Shown piece by piece: positions 1 to 9,319 of a stretch of DNA of 64,000 bases. Each line of letters starts with the position of its first letter. The stretch's first letter is position 1. The DNA is from Escherichia phage UPWr_E1. A program made the position numbers and the translations under genes. The notes beneath the pieces were generated by a model. That model worked only from the letters and a program-made list of their open reading frames with translations, was not told the DNA's origin and did not search any database. The DNA is taken from sequence record PP418985.1. One strand, 5' to 3'.

Positions 1-164
1 ACTTTGACCGCGTGCTGGATATGCTTACCACGGATAAAGTGGAAGAAGTGATCGACGAGCTAACAAGAAATCAAATCACGCTGGCAGTACCGATCAAGTG
101 CGAATGCGGGGAATCTGGTGTATATTCATTATCAGGTCTATCCAGTTTCCTTAAAATTCTTTGA
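1..164 (+). CDS. partial CDS (3' end) of upstream late gene; position of T4 baseplate hub gene 26
   Basis: Frame 3 open from window edge to TGA 162-164, directly upstream of gene 25; assignment by synteny only. Confidence 0.4.
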   Translation, partial: FDRVLDMLTTDKVEEVIDELTRNQITLAVPIKCECGESGVYSLSGLSSFLKIL

Positions 165-172
165 GGTATAAC

Positions 173-559
173 ATGGCAACTATTAATCAGATGTATACTG
201 ATTTGGATCTCAATATATCCAGATCGTGGAATAACGACGTTAAAAAGAACATAGGGATTAAAGCGGTTAAGGATTCTATTCTACTGATCGTTACTACTCG
301 CAAGGGATCTCGTCCATTTGATCCACTGTTTGGATGTGATCTCAATAAATCACTGTTTGAGAACATGAACCCACTGACAGTGGATACCTTATCAAAAAAC
401 ATCAATGAGGCGATCCGAAACTATGAACCACGGGTCCGAAACCTGACAGTAGAAGTAACCCCGCAGTACGACGATAATTCAATCATAGTATCAATCTACT
501 TTTCGGTAATAGATAACCCAGATGATCTTGAACAACTACGCATAAGACTTGCAAAGTGA
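173..559 (+). CDS. 25: baseplate wedge protein gp25
   Basis: GAGG RBS then ATG 173; MATINQMYTDLD...TTRKGSRPFDPLFGCDL...NYEPR...FSVIDNPDDLEQL matches recalled T4 gp25; ORF-track start 161 is a TTG extension. Confidence 0.9.
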   Translation: MATINQMYTDLDLNISRSWNNDVKKNIGIKAVKDSILLIVTTRKGSRPFDPLFGCDLNKSLFENMNPLTVDTLSKNINEAIRNYEPRVRNLTVEVTPQYDDNSIIVSIYFSVIDNPDDLEQLRIRLAK

Positions 560-606
560 TTTTGTGTGTGATATGATATAGGTCTTAGTGTGAATAAGGG
601 GATATT

Positions 607-1014
607 ATGGACCTAAACGATTTGAAAGAACAATTAGAAGCTGACATGAAGATCGATGCGACTAAATTGCAATGGGAGGCGCTGAATAATCCGGTAGTAT
701 ACTCAAAGTGGTTAAGGATTTACAGCGAGGCGAAGCGAGAGACGATTGCTCTTGAGGCTAAAAAGAAAAAGGCTATGAAAAATCGTCTTGACTTTTACAC
801 TAACCGTAGTGATGACTGGTGTCGCGCTGAATATGAGAAATCAGAATTGAAAGTTGTTATGGCAGCAGACGACGAGATATTACCACTTGATACGAAAATT
901 GCATATTACCAGATGGTAATGGATTTCGCTGGTCGCGCACTTGATATCGTTAAATCTCGTGGATTTGCGATCAAGAATGCTATAGAATTGCGTATGCTGG
1001 AATCTGGTCGCTAA
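607..1014 (+). CDS. uvsY: UvsY recombination mediator
   Basis: AAGGGG RBS; 135 aa; KLQWEALNNPVVYSKW...RLDFYT...KSRGFAIK matches recalled T4 UvsY. Confidence 0.9.
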   Translation: MDLNDLKEQLEADMKIDATKLQWEALNNPVVYSKWLRIYSEAKRETIALEAKKKKAMKNRLDFYTNRSDDWCRAEYEKSELKVVMAADDEILPLDTKIAYYQMVMDFAGRALDIVKSRGFAIKNAIELRMLESGR

Positions 1015-1034
1015 ATACATGCAGGAGGAATTTT

Positions 1035-1211
1035 ATGAAAATCTGTATTTGTTGTAAACAACCTGTCGAGGATGCGTTAGCCGTCCAGACAGAAAACGGC
1101 GTTGTTCACACTGGCTACTGCTTACAGCTAGTAACAGAACGTTCGATTAGTGAAAATGCGAACGGCGAAGAACAAGAACAACTCGTAGAGCAAACAATGC
1201 TGTTAATGTAA
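1035..1211 (+). CDS. small Cys-rich hypothetical protein (uvsY.-1/-2 position)
   Basis: AGGAGG RBS 6 nt before ATG 1035; 58 aa; below ORF-track length cutoff. Confidence 0.45.
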   Translation: MKICICCKQPVEDALAVQTENGVVHTGYCLQLVTERSISENANGEEQEQLVEQTMLLM

Positions 1212-1244
1212 TTTGTTGATAACCGATTTTAATTGGTTTATTTT

Positions 1245-1270
1245 GCCCCATCATTGATGGGGCTTTTTTA
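1245..1270 (+). terminator. rho-independent terminator
   Basis: GCCCCATCA-t-TGATGGGGC stem followed by TTTTTTAT between convergent uvsY operon and uvsW.1. Confidence 0.7.
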
Positions 1271-1274
1271 TATC

Positions 1275-1511
1275 TTAAAAATCCTCTTCTGGCTCTTCTT
1301 CTGGCTCGTTGTCCGCTTCCAATTGCTTACGGCGTCCAGCGATGGCGTCACGGATCGAAATATCATCAGCAGGTTTCAATTCTGTTTCTTTCTTGCGCTT
1401 CTCATAATATGCCTCAAGTTCATTTAATCCCTCGATAGTATTACAAGAATAAATCTTACTCATGAAACCATCAATAGCGGCCTCAACCAAAAAACGTTTA
1501 AAGCTAATCAT
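1275..1511 (-). CDS. uvsW.1: UvsW.1-like small acidic protein
   Basis: GGAG RBS; 78 aa immediately downstream of uvsW, as in T4. Confidence 0.7.
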   Translation of the reverse strand: MISFKRFLVEAAIDGFMSKIYSCNTIEGLNELEAYYEKRKKETELKPADDISIRDAIAGRRKQLEADNEPEEEPEEDF

Positions 1512-1555
1512 TTTTTAATCTCCGTAGAATAAAGGGGCATTAAAGCCCCTATTTA

Positions 1556-3058
1556 TTAAATCTCGATTGTTTTCGTGGCATATTCGAATCGATCGGTGTT
1601 GTAAATTTTTATTCTTTCAAGCGCGTGTTTAAGAGCATAATTAAGGTGGCTAAACTGTTTCTTAGCATTCTTGCTCTTTGTCTTAACCGCCAAATGATCG
1701 ATAAGATCCCAAACGGTAGCAATATCCTTAGAACCATGTTTACGCAATGCACGACCGATACTCTGACGAACGATAGTTGATTCCTTCACTGGATGACCGA
1801 AAATAACATGATGCAAGTTCTTGATGGAAACACCAGTAGAGAACACACCATAAGACGCAACACAAATGATCCCTGTTTCCCCTTCCGCTAATTTCTTAAA
1901 TTCATCACGTTCTTCTGTCTTAACTCCACCGTCAATATAATAAACCTTGTCGTGTACCTTCTGCAACGCATCATACATAAGTTTTCCGTGCTTAGTATTG
2001 CGGAACATCAGGAATACGTTTTCGCCCTTCTTAGCGAGTTTTAGCGCCAAATTGCAAGCAAACTTATTTCGTCGTGGGTTAGACGTAATATACTTGATCT
2101 CTTCCGCATATTCTCTCCCCTTAACCGCGCTACATTCCTCATCGGTATAACGAAGGAAAAGACAGTTAATTTTCAGTTTTGTCACTTGGCCTTCTTCCAT
2201 CAGGCGGTCAATACTCACGATCTTAGAAATATCACCGAAAAGCCCGACATACTGCATCATGTTAGCTTTCCCGTCACGAGGGGAACCAGTCATGCCGATC
2301 TTAAATTGGCAATGATCCATATCAGTAACGATGTTTAGCAGGTTTTTAGCAGTGGCCTTGTGACATTCATCAACAATCACCATCCCGAATTGTTTAAACC
2401 ATTCACGAGGTTGTTTACATGCTGATTGCCACGTACTAACAACGATCAGGCGATCTCCTACATTCTTAGTAGTACCACTCATGATAGTATGAATTGCCTC
2501 ATAAGGAAACTGGCGATAATCAACAAAATCATCACGCATTTGCAGCACTAGCGACGTGGTAGGAACGATGATCAGCACTTTCCCTTCGTAGTTCTCTAAG
2601 TACCAGCGAGACAACATACAAGCAATCGCAGATTTACCAGCGGACGTAGGCAAAACTAACATACGGCGTTTATGATGAATACCTTCAAAGACAGCCTTTG
2701 ATTGATACCAATGCGGGGTGATCCTGTTAGCACCGGAATATAATTCTAAGTCGTTACACCATTTTGTAATTTCTTCTTCTGTAACCTGTTCTTTCTCGAA
2801 TAAGCGAGGGTCTACCCATACGCTATAGCCCATATTTTTAGCGAATATTCCCACGGTTTTAGTTAGGCCGATTGGCAACTTTCCATTGTAATCTAAAAGA
2901 CGAATACGCCCATCCCATCCGCCGTATTTTACTCGTTTTTGAAACCGTGCACCTTCAACTTCAAAGCTAAAATAATCCCTCATTTCTAATAAAATTGAAT
3001 CGCTACATTCAATTTGAACATGGGAGTAGTTCAGAAAGTGAATTTTAATATCTTGCAT
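1556..3058 (-). CDS. uvsW: UvsW SF2 DNA helicase
   Basis: Walker A LPTSAGKS, DECH box, helicase C motifs; collinear with recalled T4 UvsW starting MQDIKIHF; ORF-track start 3073 is a GTG extension. Confidence 0.9.
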   Translation of the reverse strand: MQDIKIHFLNYSHVQIECSDSILLEMRDYFSFEVEGARFQKRVKYGGWDGRIRLLDYNGKLPIGLTKTVGIFAKNMGYSVWVDPRLFEKEQVTEEEITKWCNDLELYSGANRITPHWYQSKAVFEGIHHKRRMLVLPTSAGKSAIACMLSRWYLENYEGKVLIIVPTTSLVLQMRDDFVDYRQFPYEAIHTIMSGTTKNVGDRLIVVSTWQSACKQPREWFKQFGMVIVDECHKATAKNLLNIVTDMDHCQFKIGMTGSPRDGKANMMQYVGLFGDISKIVSIDRLMEEGQVTKLKINCLFLRYTDEECSAVKGREYAEEIKYITSNPRRNKFACNLALKLAKKGENVFLMFRNTKHGKLMYDALQKVHDKVYYIDGGVKTEERDEFKKLAEGETGIICVASYGVFSTGVSIKNLHHVIFGHPVKESTIVRQSIGRALRKHGSKDIATVWDLIDHLAVKTKSKNAKKQFSHLNYALKHALERIKIYNTDRFEYATKTIEI

Positions 3059-3094
3059 AGCGAATAGCCTCACTCAATAAATACAGTATACAAA

Positions 3095-3102
3095 TATTTA
3101 TA
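3095..3102 (-). promoter_or_regulatory. T4-type late promoter TATAAATA (uvsW)
   Basis: tatttata on plus strand = TATAAATA on minus, 37 nt upstream of uvsW ATG. Confidence 0.55.
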
Positions 3103-3128
3103 CAAACACCCCCAATCAGGAGAATAAC

Positions 3129-3854
3129 ATGTTTGATAAAGAATATTTCGAAGAACTCCGCGCTATTGCGGCGTCCGACGACAAAGAAGCACAGAAAACA
3201 GCTAAAACAGAATTAGCTGACTACGCAAAACAATTTGATATCAAGGTCAAAAAGACGTTATCACTAGAGAACATGATCGAGTTCGTAGAAACCGAATTAA
3301 CTAAACTGGCTTCCGAAATGGAAGAAGAAACTCCGGCAGAAGGAACCAGTATTAACGATCTTATTCTGGCAGCAGATACCGCAGATGATAAAGTGGTATT
3401 CGACGAAGTTGATCCGTCTCTGGTTGAAGCAATGAAAGAACCCGAGATCGTCATTGAAGAAACAAAAGAAGAATCTCCAGCAGTTGAACCAGTGGTCGAA
3501 GAAGTTAAGTCAGTTGTTGAAGAAGCGCCGGAAGTTAAAGTGGAATCTCCGGTAGCCAACATTTTCTCCGACGAAGCAGAGCATCGTTCCCCAGCACATG
3601 ACACTGATTCATTTTGTGATCTTACTGGTTTCCGTCCGACCATTTGCTTGATCGGTGGCGGTCGTGGTTACTACTCCTGCCCGTGGTGGATTTTCGACTG
3701 GATTGTTAATACTCCAGATTGGAAGAAGTACCCAGAGCGTTTCCCGCACGCGTATGTACACGACACCCTCAAGTCACTGATCTATTATATCAAACGCGAT
3801 GGGTCTGTCAAGGTGCGAGAGACTAAACACAGCCAATTCCACACTCTTAAATAA
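3129..3854 (+). CDS. hypothetical protein with acidic E/V-rich centre and Cys/Trp-rich C-terminal domain; occupies T4 inh/segD position
   Basis: AGGAG RBS; 241 aa; synteny between uvsW and hoc; no motif recognised. Confidence 0.6.
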   Translation: MFDKEYFEELRAIAASDDKEAQKTAKTELADYAKQFDIKVKKTLSLENMIEFVETELTKLASEMEEETPAEGTSINDLILAADTADDKVVFDEVDPSLVEAMKEPEIVIEETKEESPAVEPVVEEVKSVVEEAPEVKVESPVANIFSDEAEHRSPAHDTDSFCDLTGFRPTICLIGGGRGYYSCPWWIFDWIVNTPDWKKYPERFPHAYVHDTLKSLIYYIKRDGSVKVRETKHSQFHTLK

Positions 3855-3932
3855 TAAGAGTGTAAAAGTTGTGAAATATTTGTTATGTTTTTAATTGTAG
3901 TTCCGTTATGCAATTAAAAAAGAGGATATTAC

Positions 3933-6476
3933 ATGTCTAACAAAATCAATGTATTACATCAAACAGAAGGTCCGGTTTATGGTTCCGTTGGTCGTCCACT
4001 TCTGTTAAAGATTGTTGTCAGTACAGCAGATTTTAAAGATTTTATAGCAGAATGGAAGCTGAACGGTGTAAATGTGCCAGCAGAACAAATTTCCGACGCG
4101 GATCAGTCTCTGTATATTGAGGAAATGCGAGAAAATCAATTTGGTACATATACATGTCACATTAAACTGAAAGACGAACCACAGGTCGGTGTAGATATTA
4201 AGCCTATTCTTGTACAGCGTAGATTTTTTATTGCACCGCAAGATCAGTCTCCGACGTATATTAAAAAACGAATCGGCGAAGAATTAACCCTATTCGCAAC
4301 ACCAGCAATTGAACTAGGTCAACACCCAGAGTTTCAATGGTATCGAAATCATATTCCGGTAGAACCAGAAAAAATCGAGGACAACCGAACCGTTCATATT
4401 GCCCGTGTTGGTCTTATTGATTTTGGCAATTATACGTGTCGTGTTACTGTCCGTGGTGAACCAGCATCACAATATTGGATTAATCCAATTATTGTAGAAA
4501 AGAATGATACCCCTCCTGTAGTGCATCTTAGCGAAGAATATCCTAGCTCTATTACAGTAGCAGAGGATTCAGCGGTACATCTCAATGTACTTGTTACATC
4601 AGATGATAAAGTATCGCCTATTGAGTATACGTGGATTCATAACGGTAGGATTGTTATCGAAGAAAACGGAAACTCTTTGGCAATTCCGCATATTCGAAAA
4701 GATCAGGAAGGTATCTGGCGTCTTGAGGTAAAACAAGGTGACACTACGGTGTATTCTAAAGATTGTCATATTGAGGTTGATAGTCAACCATTCTTTAGGA
4801 TCACACGTCAACCGCAAACTCTTAACGTGTCTGGCGGTGCTTTGGGTTTATTCAGCGTTGATTATAGAACAAACTATTCACCTGTAAAGATCCAGTGGTA
4901 TCGTAAAAAGAATACAGAACAGGAGTTTACACCAATTGTAGGTGAGACTAATAAAGATCTTCATATTACACCAGCTACTACTGAATTAAACCGAGCACGC
5001 TACAAAGCTCGTATCACGTATGGCACAGACCAATACAGAGATTCAGAAGAAGCTGAATTGCTAGTAGGTGAAGCATTAACTATTAGAATCACCAAACAAC
5101 CACAAGCTCTACAAAACGTCCGAGTTTCTTCCTCACAGACGATCACTTGTGAAGCTGAAACAAACTATGAACATTATCGCTTAGATTATCAGTGGTATAA
5201 AGATAACGAATTAATGCCAGGCAAAACATCTAATGTATTGCACTTCTCATCAATCAAAAAGACAGATGAGGGGCAATATAAGTGTATTGCATCAATGGGT
5301 ATTTCTGGTCATCGAATTACCGCAGAATCATCACCAGCACAGGTGACAGTAGACAATTCAAAGGCATCACTGACTATCACTAAACAGCCAACTGGTGCAA
5401 CAATTCGCACTGGTGGGTCGTGGTCTATTTCGGTCGAAGCAACATCAAACGATGCACTACCGATTCGCTATCGCTGGTTTAAAGACGGCGAAGATCTATT
5501 CCCACAAGGCGTTGAACAAAAAAACGTTTACGGTGAAGACCATGCTCAACCTGATTCGACTGGTGTATATACTTGTCGCGTTTCGGTTGGTTTTGGTGAT
5601 CACCGAGCGTCTCAAATGTCACATCCAGCAAGGGTGCTAATTAGCGATAATGTGGAAATTGTGCCGAATGACTTACAGGTCACCGCACATCCTCATGATA
5701 ATGACGTTAAGTATAATCAGCGTGTTATCTTAACAGCAAGATCTCAAAATAGCATCGGGTTAAAACCACATATTCAATGGAAAAAGGATGGTGTTGCTAT
5801 TCCGGGTGCAAATTCAGAGACTTTAGTCATTGAGCACGCGAAACCATTGGATGCAGGGGTTTACACCGCAGATATTACCGCAGCAGAAAAAACGGTAACA
5901 ACCAATCCGGCTACAGTTACTGTAGCAGAGCACAGCAATATTAATATCTTAAAACATCCAGTGGATGTGGTTGCAAAAGAAGGACAAACCACCGACATTG
6001 TATTGGAAGCTCATGCGGAACATTCTGACGGTGAAACCGAAGTTAGTTATCAGTGGCATAAAATTAAAGATGGCGTAGACACTGAAATAAGAGATGCAAC
6101 AAATAAAACTTTAGTTATCCCTCATGCACAGATCAGCAAGCAAGCTCATCAAGCGACCTATTACGCCGAGATAAAAGAAGAGAATGGACACGTTAAACAT
6201 AGCGAAAAAGTTCGAGTGGTGTTTACTACCGCGAAATTAAAACGCTATGTTCACCCGATCCCGTGGCGACGTACATCCTTCCAGTATCAAGGCTATTGGG
6301 TTATGGATGAGATTGATCGCTGTAATCGTGAAGGGCTTAACTGGCTTGAGGACTTTACGCACACCAAATATCCAGAAGAGATCGAAACTATTGCTGCATC
6401 ATTGCATCATTATTCAAATACTCATGTATTAGAATCTCGTAATGGTTATCTGGTTGATGGTACTCAACTATTTTAA
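3933..6476 (+). CDS. hoc: Hoc-like capsid decoration protein with ~7-8 Ig-like repeats and a shared C-terminal domain
   Basis: AGAGGA RBS; repeated W-Y/F-[KR]...G-x-Y-x-C Ig-like motifs (GNYTCRVTV, GQYKCIAS, GVYTCRVSV); C-terminal RYVHPIPWRRTSF...ESRNGY; hoc position. Confidence 0.7.
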   Translation: MSNKINVLHQTEGPVYGSVGRPLLLKIVVSTADFKDFIAEWKLNGVNVPAEQISDADQSLYIEEMRENQFGTYTCHIKLKDEPQVGVDIKPILVQRRFFIAPQDQSPTYIKKRIGEELTLFATPAIELGQHPEFQWYRNHIPVEPEKIEDNRTVHIARVGLIDFGNYTCRVTVRGEPASQYWINPIIVEKNDTPPVVHLSEEYPSSITVAEDSAVHLNVLVTSDDKVSPIEYTWIHNGRIVIEENGNSLAIPHIRKDQEGIWRLEVKQGDTTVYSKDCHIEVDSQPFFRITRQPQTLNVSGGALGLFSVDYRTNYSPVKIQWYRKKNTEQEFTPIVGETNKDLHITPATTELNRARYKARITYGTDQYRDSEEAELLVGEALTIRITKQPQALQNVRVSSSQTITCEAETNYEHYRLDYQWYKDNELMPGKTSNVLHFSSIKKTDEGQYKCIASMGISGHRITAESSPAQVTVDNSKASLTITKQPTGATIRTGGSWSISVEATSNDALPIRYRWFKDGEDLFPQGVEQKNVYGEDHAQPDSTGVYTCRVSVGFGDHRASQMSHPARVLISDNVEIVPNDLQVTAHPHDNDVKYNQRVILTARSQNSIGLKPHIQWKKDGVAIPGANSETLVIEHAKPLDAGVYTADITAAEKTVTTNPATVTVAEHSNINILKHPVDVVAKEGQTTDIVLEAHAEHSDGETEVSYQWHKIKDGVDTEIRDATNKTLVIPHAQISKQAHQATYYAEIKEENGHVKHSEKVRVVFTTAKLKRYVHPIPWRRTSFQYQGYWVMDEIDRCNREGLNWLEDFTHTKYPEEIETIAASLHHYSNTHVLESRNGYLVDGTQLF

Positions 6477-6482
6477 TATTAT

Positions 6483-6502
6483 TGGTCGCCCTTCGGGGCG
6501 AC
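6483..6502 (+). other. stem-loop GGTCGCCC-TTCG-GGGCGACC between the two hoc-like genes (no T-run)
   Basis: perfect 8-bp stem with UUCG tetraloop; lies inside the ORF-track N-terminal extension of the next gene. Confidence 0.5.
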
Positions 6503-6520
6503 CTTAACGGAGTTATTTTT

Positions 6521-7753
6521 ATGGCATTTACAGTAGCACTAAAATCAAATAAAAAATGTTTCCTTGCTGGCGATACATTTAAATTAACGGCTACATTAGC
6601 TGGGGTGGAAGATGGTCCGGTCCCATCAAATGTTACCTATGCATGGACTAAAAATGATCAGCCAATTGAAAATGAATCAAATGTATTAACGGTCTCTAAC
6701 GCAACAGCCGAGAGCGCCGGAAAATATAAAGTATCCGTTACTGACACAGACACACAAGAAGTGGTAGAATCTGCGGTTGTGTCAATGGCAGAAGCAGAAT
6801 TAGTAGTTAAAATTAATCATCCATCTAGCTACGTCGCATTCGATGAGGCGGTAGAATTAACAACTACGGTTTCATATTCAACCGGATTTGCACCGTCTAG
6901 CAATTACCAGTTGCATTATAAATGGGAACAAGATCAAACAAATTTAAACCATAGCGAAAGCACATTATCGATCAGCAACTTCGTCGATGACAACAATGGC
7001 GTTTATAAGGTTACTGTATGGGGCGAGTCAGAAACATCAGCGGACAGCGCCAGTGTTAAACTTGCAGCAATCTCTATATCTGTAGTTGAAGATGTACCAC
7101 TGGCAAAAACCGTCGCAATGGGTAAACCGATCACACTACCTTATCGCACGATGGGTGTTTCTATCGGTGACACGTCAGGTCTTCCGGCATTATCAACTAA
7201 ACAGTCATGGTATTTGCAGCGAGAAGGACAACCGCGCCCGACACTGATCGGGAGTGAGGTTGGGGAGGCATTGGAAGGGTTTTCTATCATGCCTAACGGC
7301 TATTTGCACAAAGAAGCTGCAACAATGGACGACACCGCTAACTTTTGGTGTATCGTAGAGTTGCTTCAAGAAATTGACGGGCAGCCAGTACCAATCGAAG
7401 AAAAAGGTAGCTCTCATTGCGCACTGGAAGTTGTAGAATCACTTCATAAGATGTTCCGGTATGTGCACCCGATCCCGTGGCGCAAAACTTCGTTTATCTA
7501 TATTGGATGGTGGGTATTCGACGAGATCGTTAAATTCAATGAGGCAGGGTTAGAATGGAGAAACCGTGAAGTTTACGAGGATAGCAAATATGCAAGCGAC
7601 ATCGAGACGATCGCGGCAGCGGAAGAAAAATATAGTGATTGCACTTGCATGGAATCTCGCAATGGTTTCATGTATCAGTCCAAAGAGTTCCATAAACTGG
7701 ACCGAGAGACATTAGAGCGTGTCCTGCGCATTCGTGAAACGCCTCCTGCTTAA
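6521..7753 (+). CDS. Hoc-like paralog (shorter Ig-like array, same C-terminal domain)
   Basis: GGAG RBS then ATG 6521; Ig-like motifs (GKYKVSVTD, GVYKVTVWG); C-terminal FRYVHPIPWRKTSF...ESRNGF, paralogous to 3933..6476. Confidence 0.65.
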   Translation: MAFTVALKSNKKCFLAGDTFKLTATLAGVEDGPVPSNVTYAWTKNDQPIENESNVLTVSNATAESAGKYKVSVTDTDTQEVVESAVVSMAEAELVVKINHPSSYVAFDEAVELTTTVSYSTGFAPSSNYQLHYKWEQDQTNLNHSESTLSISNFVDDNNGVYKVTVWGESETSADSASVKLAAISISVVEDVPLAKTVAMGKPITLPYRTMGVSIGDTSGLPALSTKQSWYLQREGQPRPTLIGSEVGEALEGFSIMPNGYLHKEAATMDDTANFWCIVELLQEIDGQPVPIEEKGSSHCALEVVESLHKMFRYVHPIPWRKTSFIYIGWWVFDEIVKFNEAGLEWRNREVYEDSKYASDIETIAAAEEKYSDCTCMESRNGFMYQSKEFHKLDRETLERVLRIRETPPA

Positions 7754-7764
7754 TGAAATCTATC

Positions 7765-7795
7765 AGCCATCCTTCGGGGTGGCTTTTTTGTTTTT
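7765..7795 (+). terminator. rho-independent terminator
   Basis: GCCATCC-TTCG-GGGTGGC followed by TTTTTTGTTTTT. Confidence 0.7.
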
Positions 7796-7800
7796 AGTGC

Positions 7801-7828
7801 TTGACAGTGTGATTTAGTGGCTTATAAT
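7801..7828 (+). promoter_or_regulatory. sigma70-type early promoter (TTGACA-16-TATAAT)
   Basis: consensus -35 and -10 hexamers directly after the terminator; leader ACACACATC resembles the repeated leader of the 49-64 kb modules. Confidence 0.6.
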
Positions 7829-7948
7829 GACACACATCAACAGGGCGTTACCCTATGAGGAAAATATTATGAATATGGGGTTGAAAATGGCTTTAATAAC
7901 TGTTACTGTCCTATTCGTTGTTGTGTTTATGAATGTATGAGGTGAAGT

Positions 7949-8146
7949 ATGAATGAGATTGTACGATTGATCAAAGAAACACCAATCGAGATGTATTTTC
8001 TGGCTTTGGTTGCAACAATGGTCTATCAGCTAGTCGCATGTCATGTATGGAAATCAGAAAATGCGTTTATCCGGTTTTTTGGTACTGTCATGATCCAGTT
8101 TCCGGTACTGATCACTATCCTGTTAATCGTCAATGAGGCGAAGTAA
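7949..8146 (+). CDS. small hydrophobic membrane protein
   Basis: GAGGTGA RBS; 65 aa with hydrophobic core. Confidence 0.5.
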   Translation: MNEIVRLIKETPIEMYFLALVATMVYQLVACHVWKSENAFIRFFGTVMIQFPVLITILLIVNEAK

Positions 8147-8421
8147 TGGACAAGAAAACAGCGTTAATGGTTTACATGCTACGCGAAGACCACGGTCTTA
8201 ATTTTGTTGATATTGCTAAAAAGATTGGCGGGTTCAGCGGACAAGATGCGGCTAAGGCATGGTTGATGGTAAAAGATGCACGAGAGGCTTACGCCAACCG
8301 TGAAAAGGTTGTTTATCGTAAACACCACATCAACAAAAAATTTAAAAATAAAGTTCAAAAACGTGTTGACAAGCCAAATAACACTGTTATAATGGACGCA
8401 TTCAAACGGGCAATGTCCTGA
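8146..8421 (+). CDS. basic hypothetical protein (possible HTH)
   Basis: ATGA start/stop overlap with upstream ORF; 91 aa, Lys-rich C-terminus. Confidence 0.5.
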   Translation: MDKKTALMVYMLREDHGLNFVDIAKKIGGFSGQDAAKAWLMVKDAREAYANREKVVYRKHHINKKFKNKVQKRVDKPNNTVIMDAFKRAMS

Positions 8422-8467
8422 TTTGTAATTAATATTCTGAATAACTAATCAATAGAGGTGACTAATT

Positions 8468-8905
8468 ATGAAATTCCGCAAAAACCACGTAGCAATGAAA
8501 AAAGCAATGTTTGAAGCATTCAAAGCAGTTGATCAGGGCGGTGTTACTCTGATTGAGCAAATTAATGTTGATGTTTGGCAGTCTCCGGCGATCACTTGCT
8601 CACGTCTGGCGACGGCTGGTCTTCTGAATGTTCACAGCTCTACAGCATACGACGAAGCATTGCAAGTTATTAAGGCTTTCGCTGGCGACGTTACCAGCAA
8701 GTGGGTCTATGAGAATAAAGGTGAAATTGCGGTTGCTCACGTAGGCAACAATATCCAGATGGAAATCAAGATTAAGGAAGGGTCTAAACGCAATCAGATG
8801 CTTGTTCGCTTCCAGCCATACAAAACTAACGTAGTGCCGGATGATCTGGTCATCTCTAAGAGTAATGTTACCATTCGCCGAAATCAGATCGTTATCAACA
8901 AATAA
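8468..8905 (+). CDS. hypothetical protein
   Basis: AGAGGTGA RBS; 145 aa; followed by a strong terminator. Confidence 0.6.
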   Translation: MKFRKNHVAMKKAMFEAFKAVDQGGVTLIEQINVDVWQSPAITCSRLATAGLLNVHSSTAYDEALQVIKAFAGDVTSKWVYENKGEIAVAHVGNNIQMEIKIKEGSKRNQMLVRFQPYKTNVVPDDLVISKSNVTIRRNQIVINK

Positions 8906-8914
8906 TTAACATTA

Positions 8915-8938
8915 GCCGTCCTTCGGGGCGGCTTTTTT
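8915..8938 (+). terminator. rho-independent terminator
   Basis: GCCGTCC-TTCG-GGGCGGC followed by TTTTTTGT. Confidence 0.75.
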
Positions 8939-8992
8939 GTATATATCATTAACATAATTTTAGTTTACATATGCACATTATTAATACAGTTT

Positions 8993-9030
8993 GATTAAAT
9001 TATGATCAAAACGAAGAAAGATCTTTAGAA
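8993..9030 (+). repeat. intergenic repeat copy A (GATTAAATTATGATCAAAACGAAGAAAGATCTTTAGAA)
   Basis: 5' 25 nt repeated at 9142-9166; 3' part CAAAACGAAGAAAGATCTTTAGAA identical to 46843-46866. Confidence 0.7.
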
Positions 9031-9141
9031 CATAGAAAATGTATCTTTGATTAATTATTAATCACCACATATTGTAACGCAAATGTTATACTCCGTAGGA
9101 GTTCGCGAAGCGATATCCTTTTGTGTAGTTTTTACATATAT

Positions 9142-9197
9142 GATTAAATTATGATCAAAACGAAGACTTATCTTATAGAATAATAAAAATTTGTTTC
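9142..9197 (+). repeat. intergenic repeat copy B
   Basis: GATTAAATTATGATCAAAACGAAGA ... TAGAATAATAAAAATTTGTTTCG; 3' 23 nt identical to 46862-46884. Confidence 0.7.
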
Positions 9198-9319
9198 GAA
9201 CATTTATTAATCAATTACTAGAAGTGTTTTATTGCTCGCTGTGCTCGCTTCCGCTACGCGGATACTTGTATTTGTTATTAACTTGTAGTATGATATTGCT
9301 TTCTATGGAGGAAAATATT

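Noticed and set aside
3221-3643. Minus-strand ORF 3221..3643 (Ser/Thr-rich, 140 aa)
   Set aside because: Mirror image of the acidic Glu/Val-rich region of the plus-strand ORF 3129..3854, which has a good RBS and syntenic position.
6482-6520. ORF-track N-terminal extension of the second hoc-like gene (start 6482)
   Set aside because: The extension is translated through a perfect stem-loop and lacks an RBS; ATG 6521 preceded by GGAG is the credible start.
9191-9319. ORF-track N-terminal extension of the SLOG-like gene (start 9191)
   Set aside because: The extension runs through AT-rich intergenic repeat DNA with no RBS; ATG 9320 follows GGAGGA.
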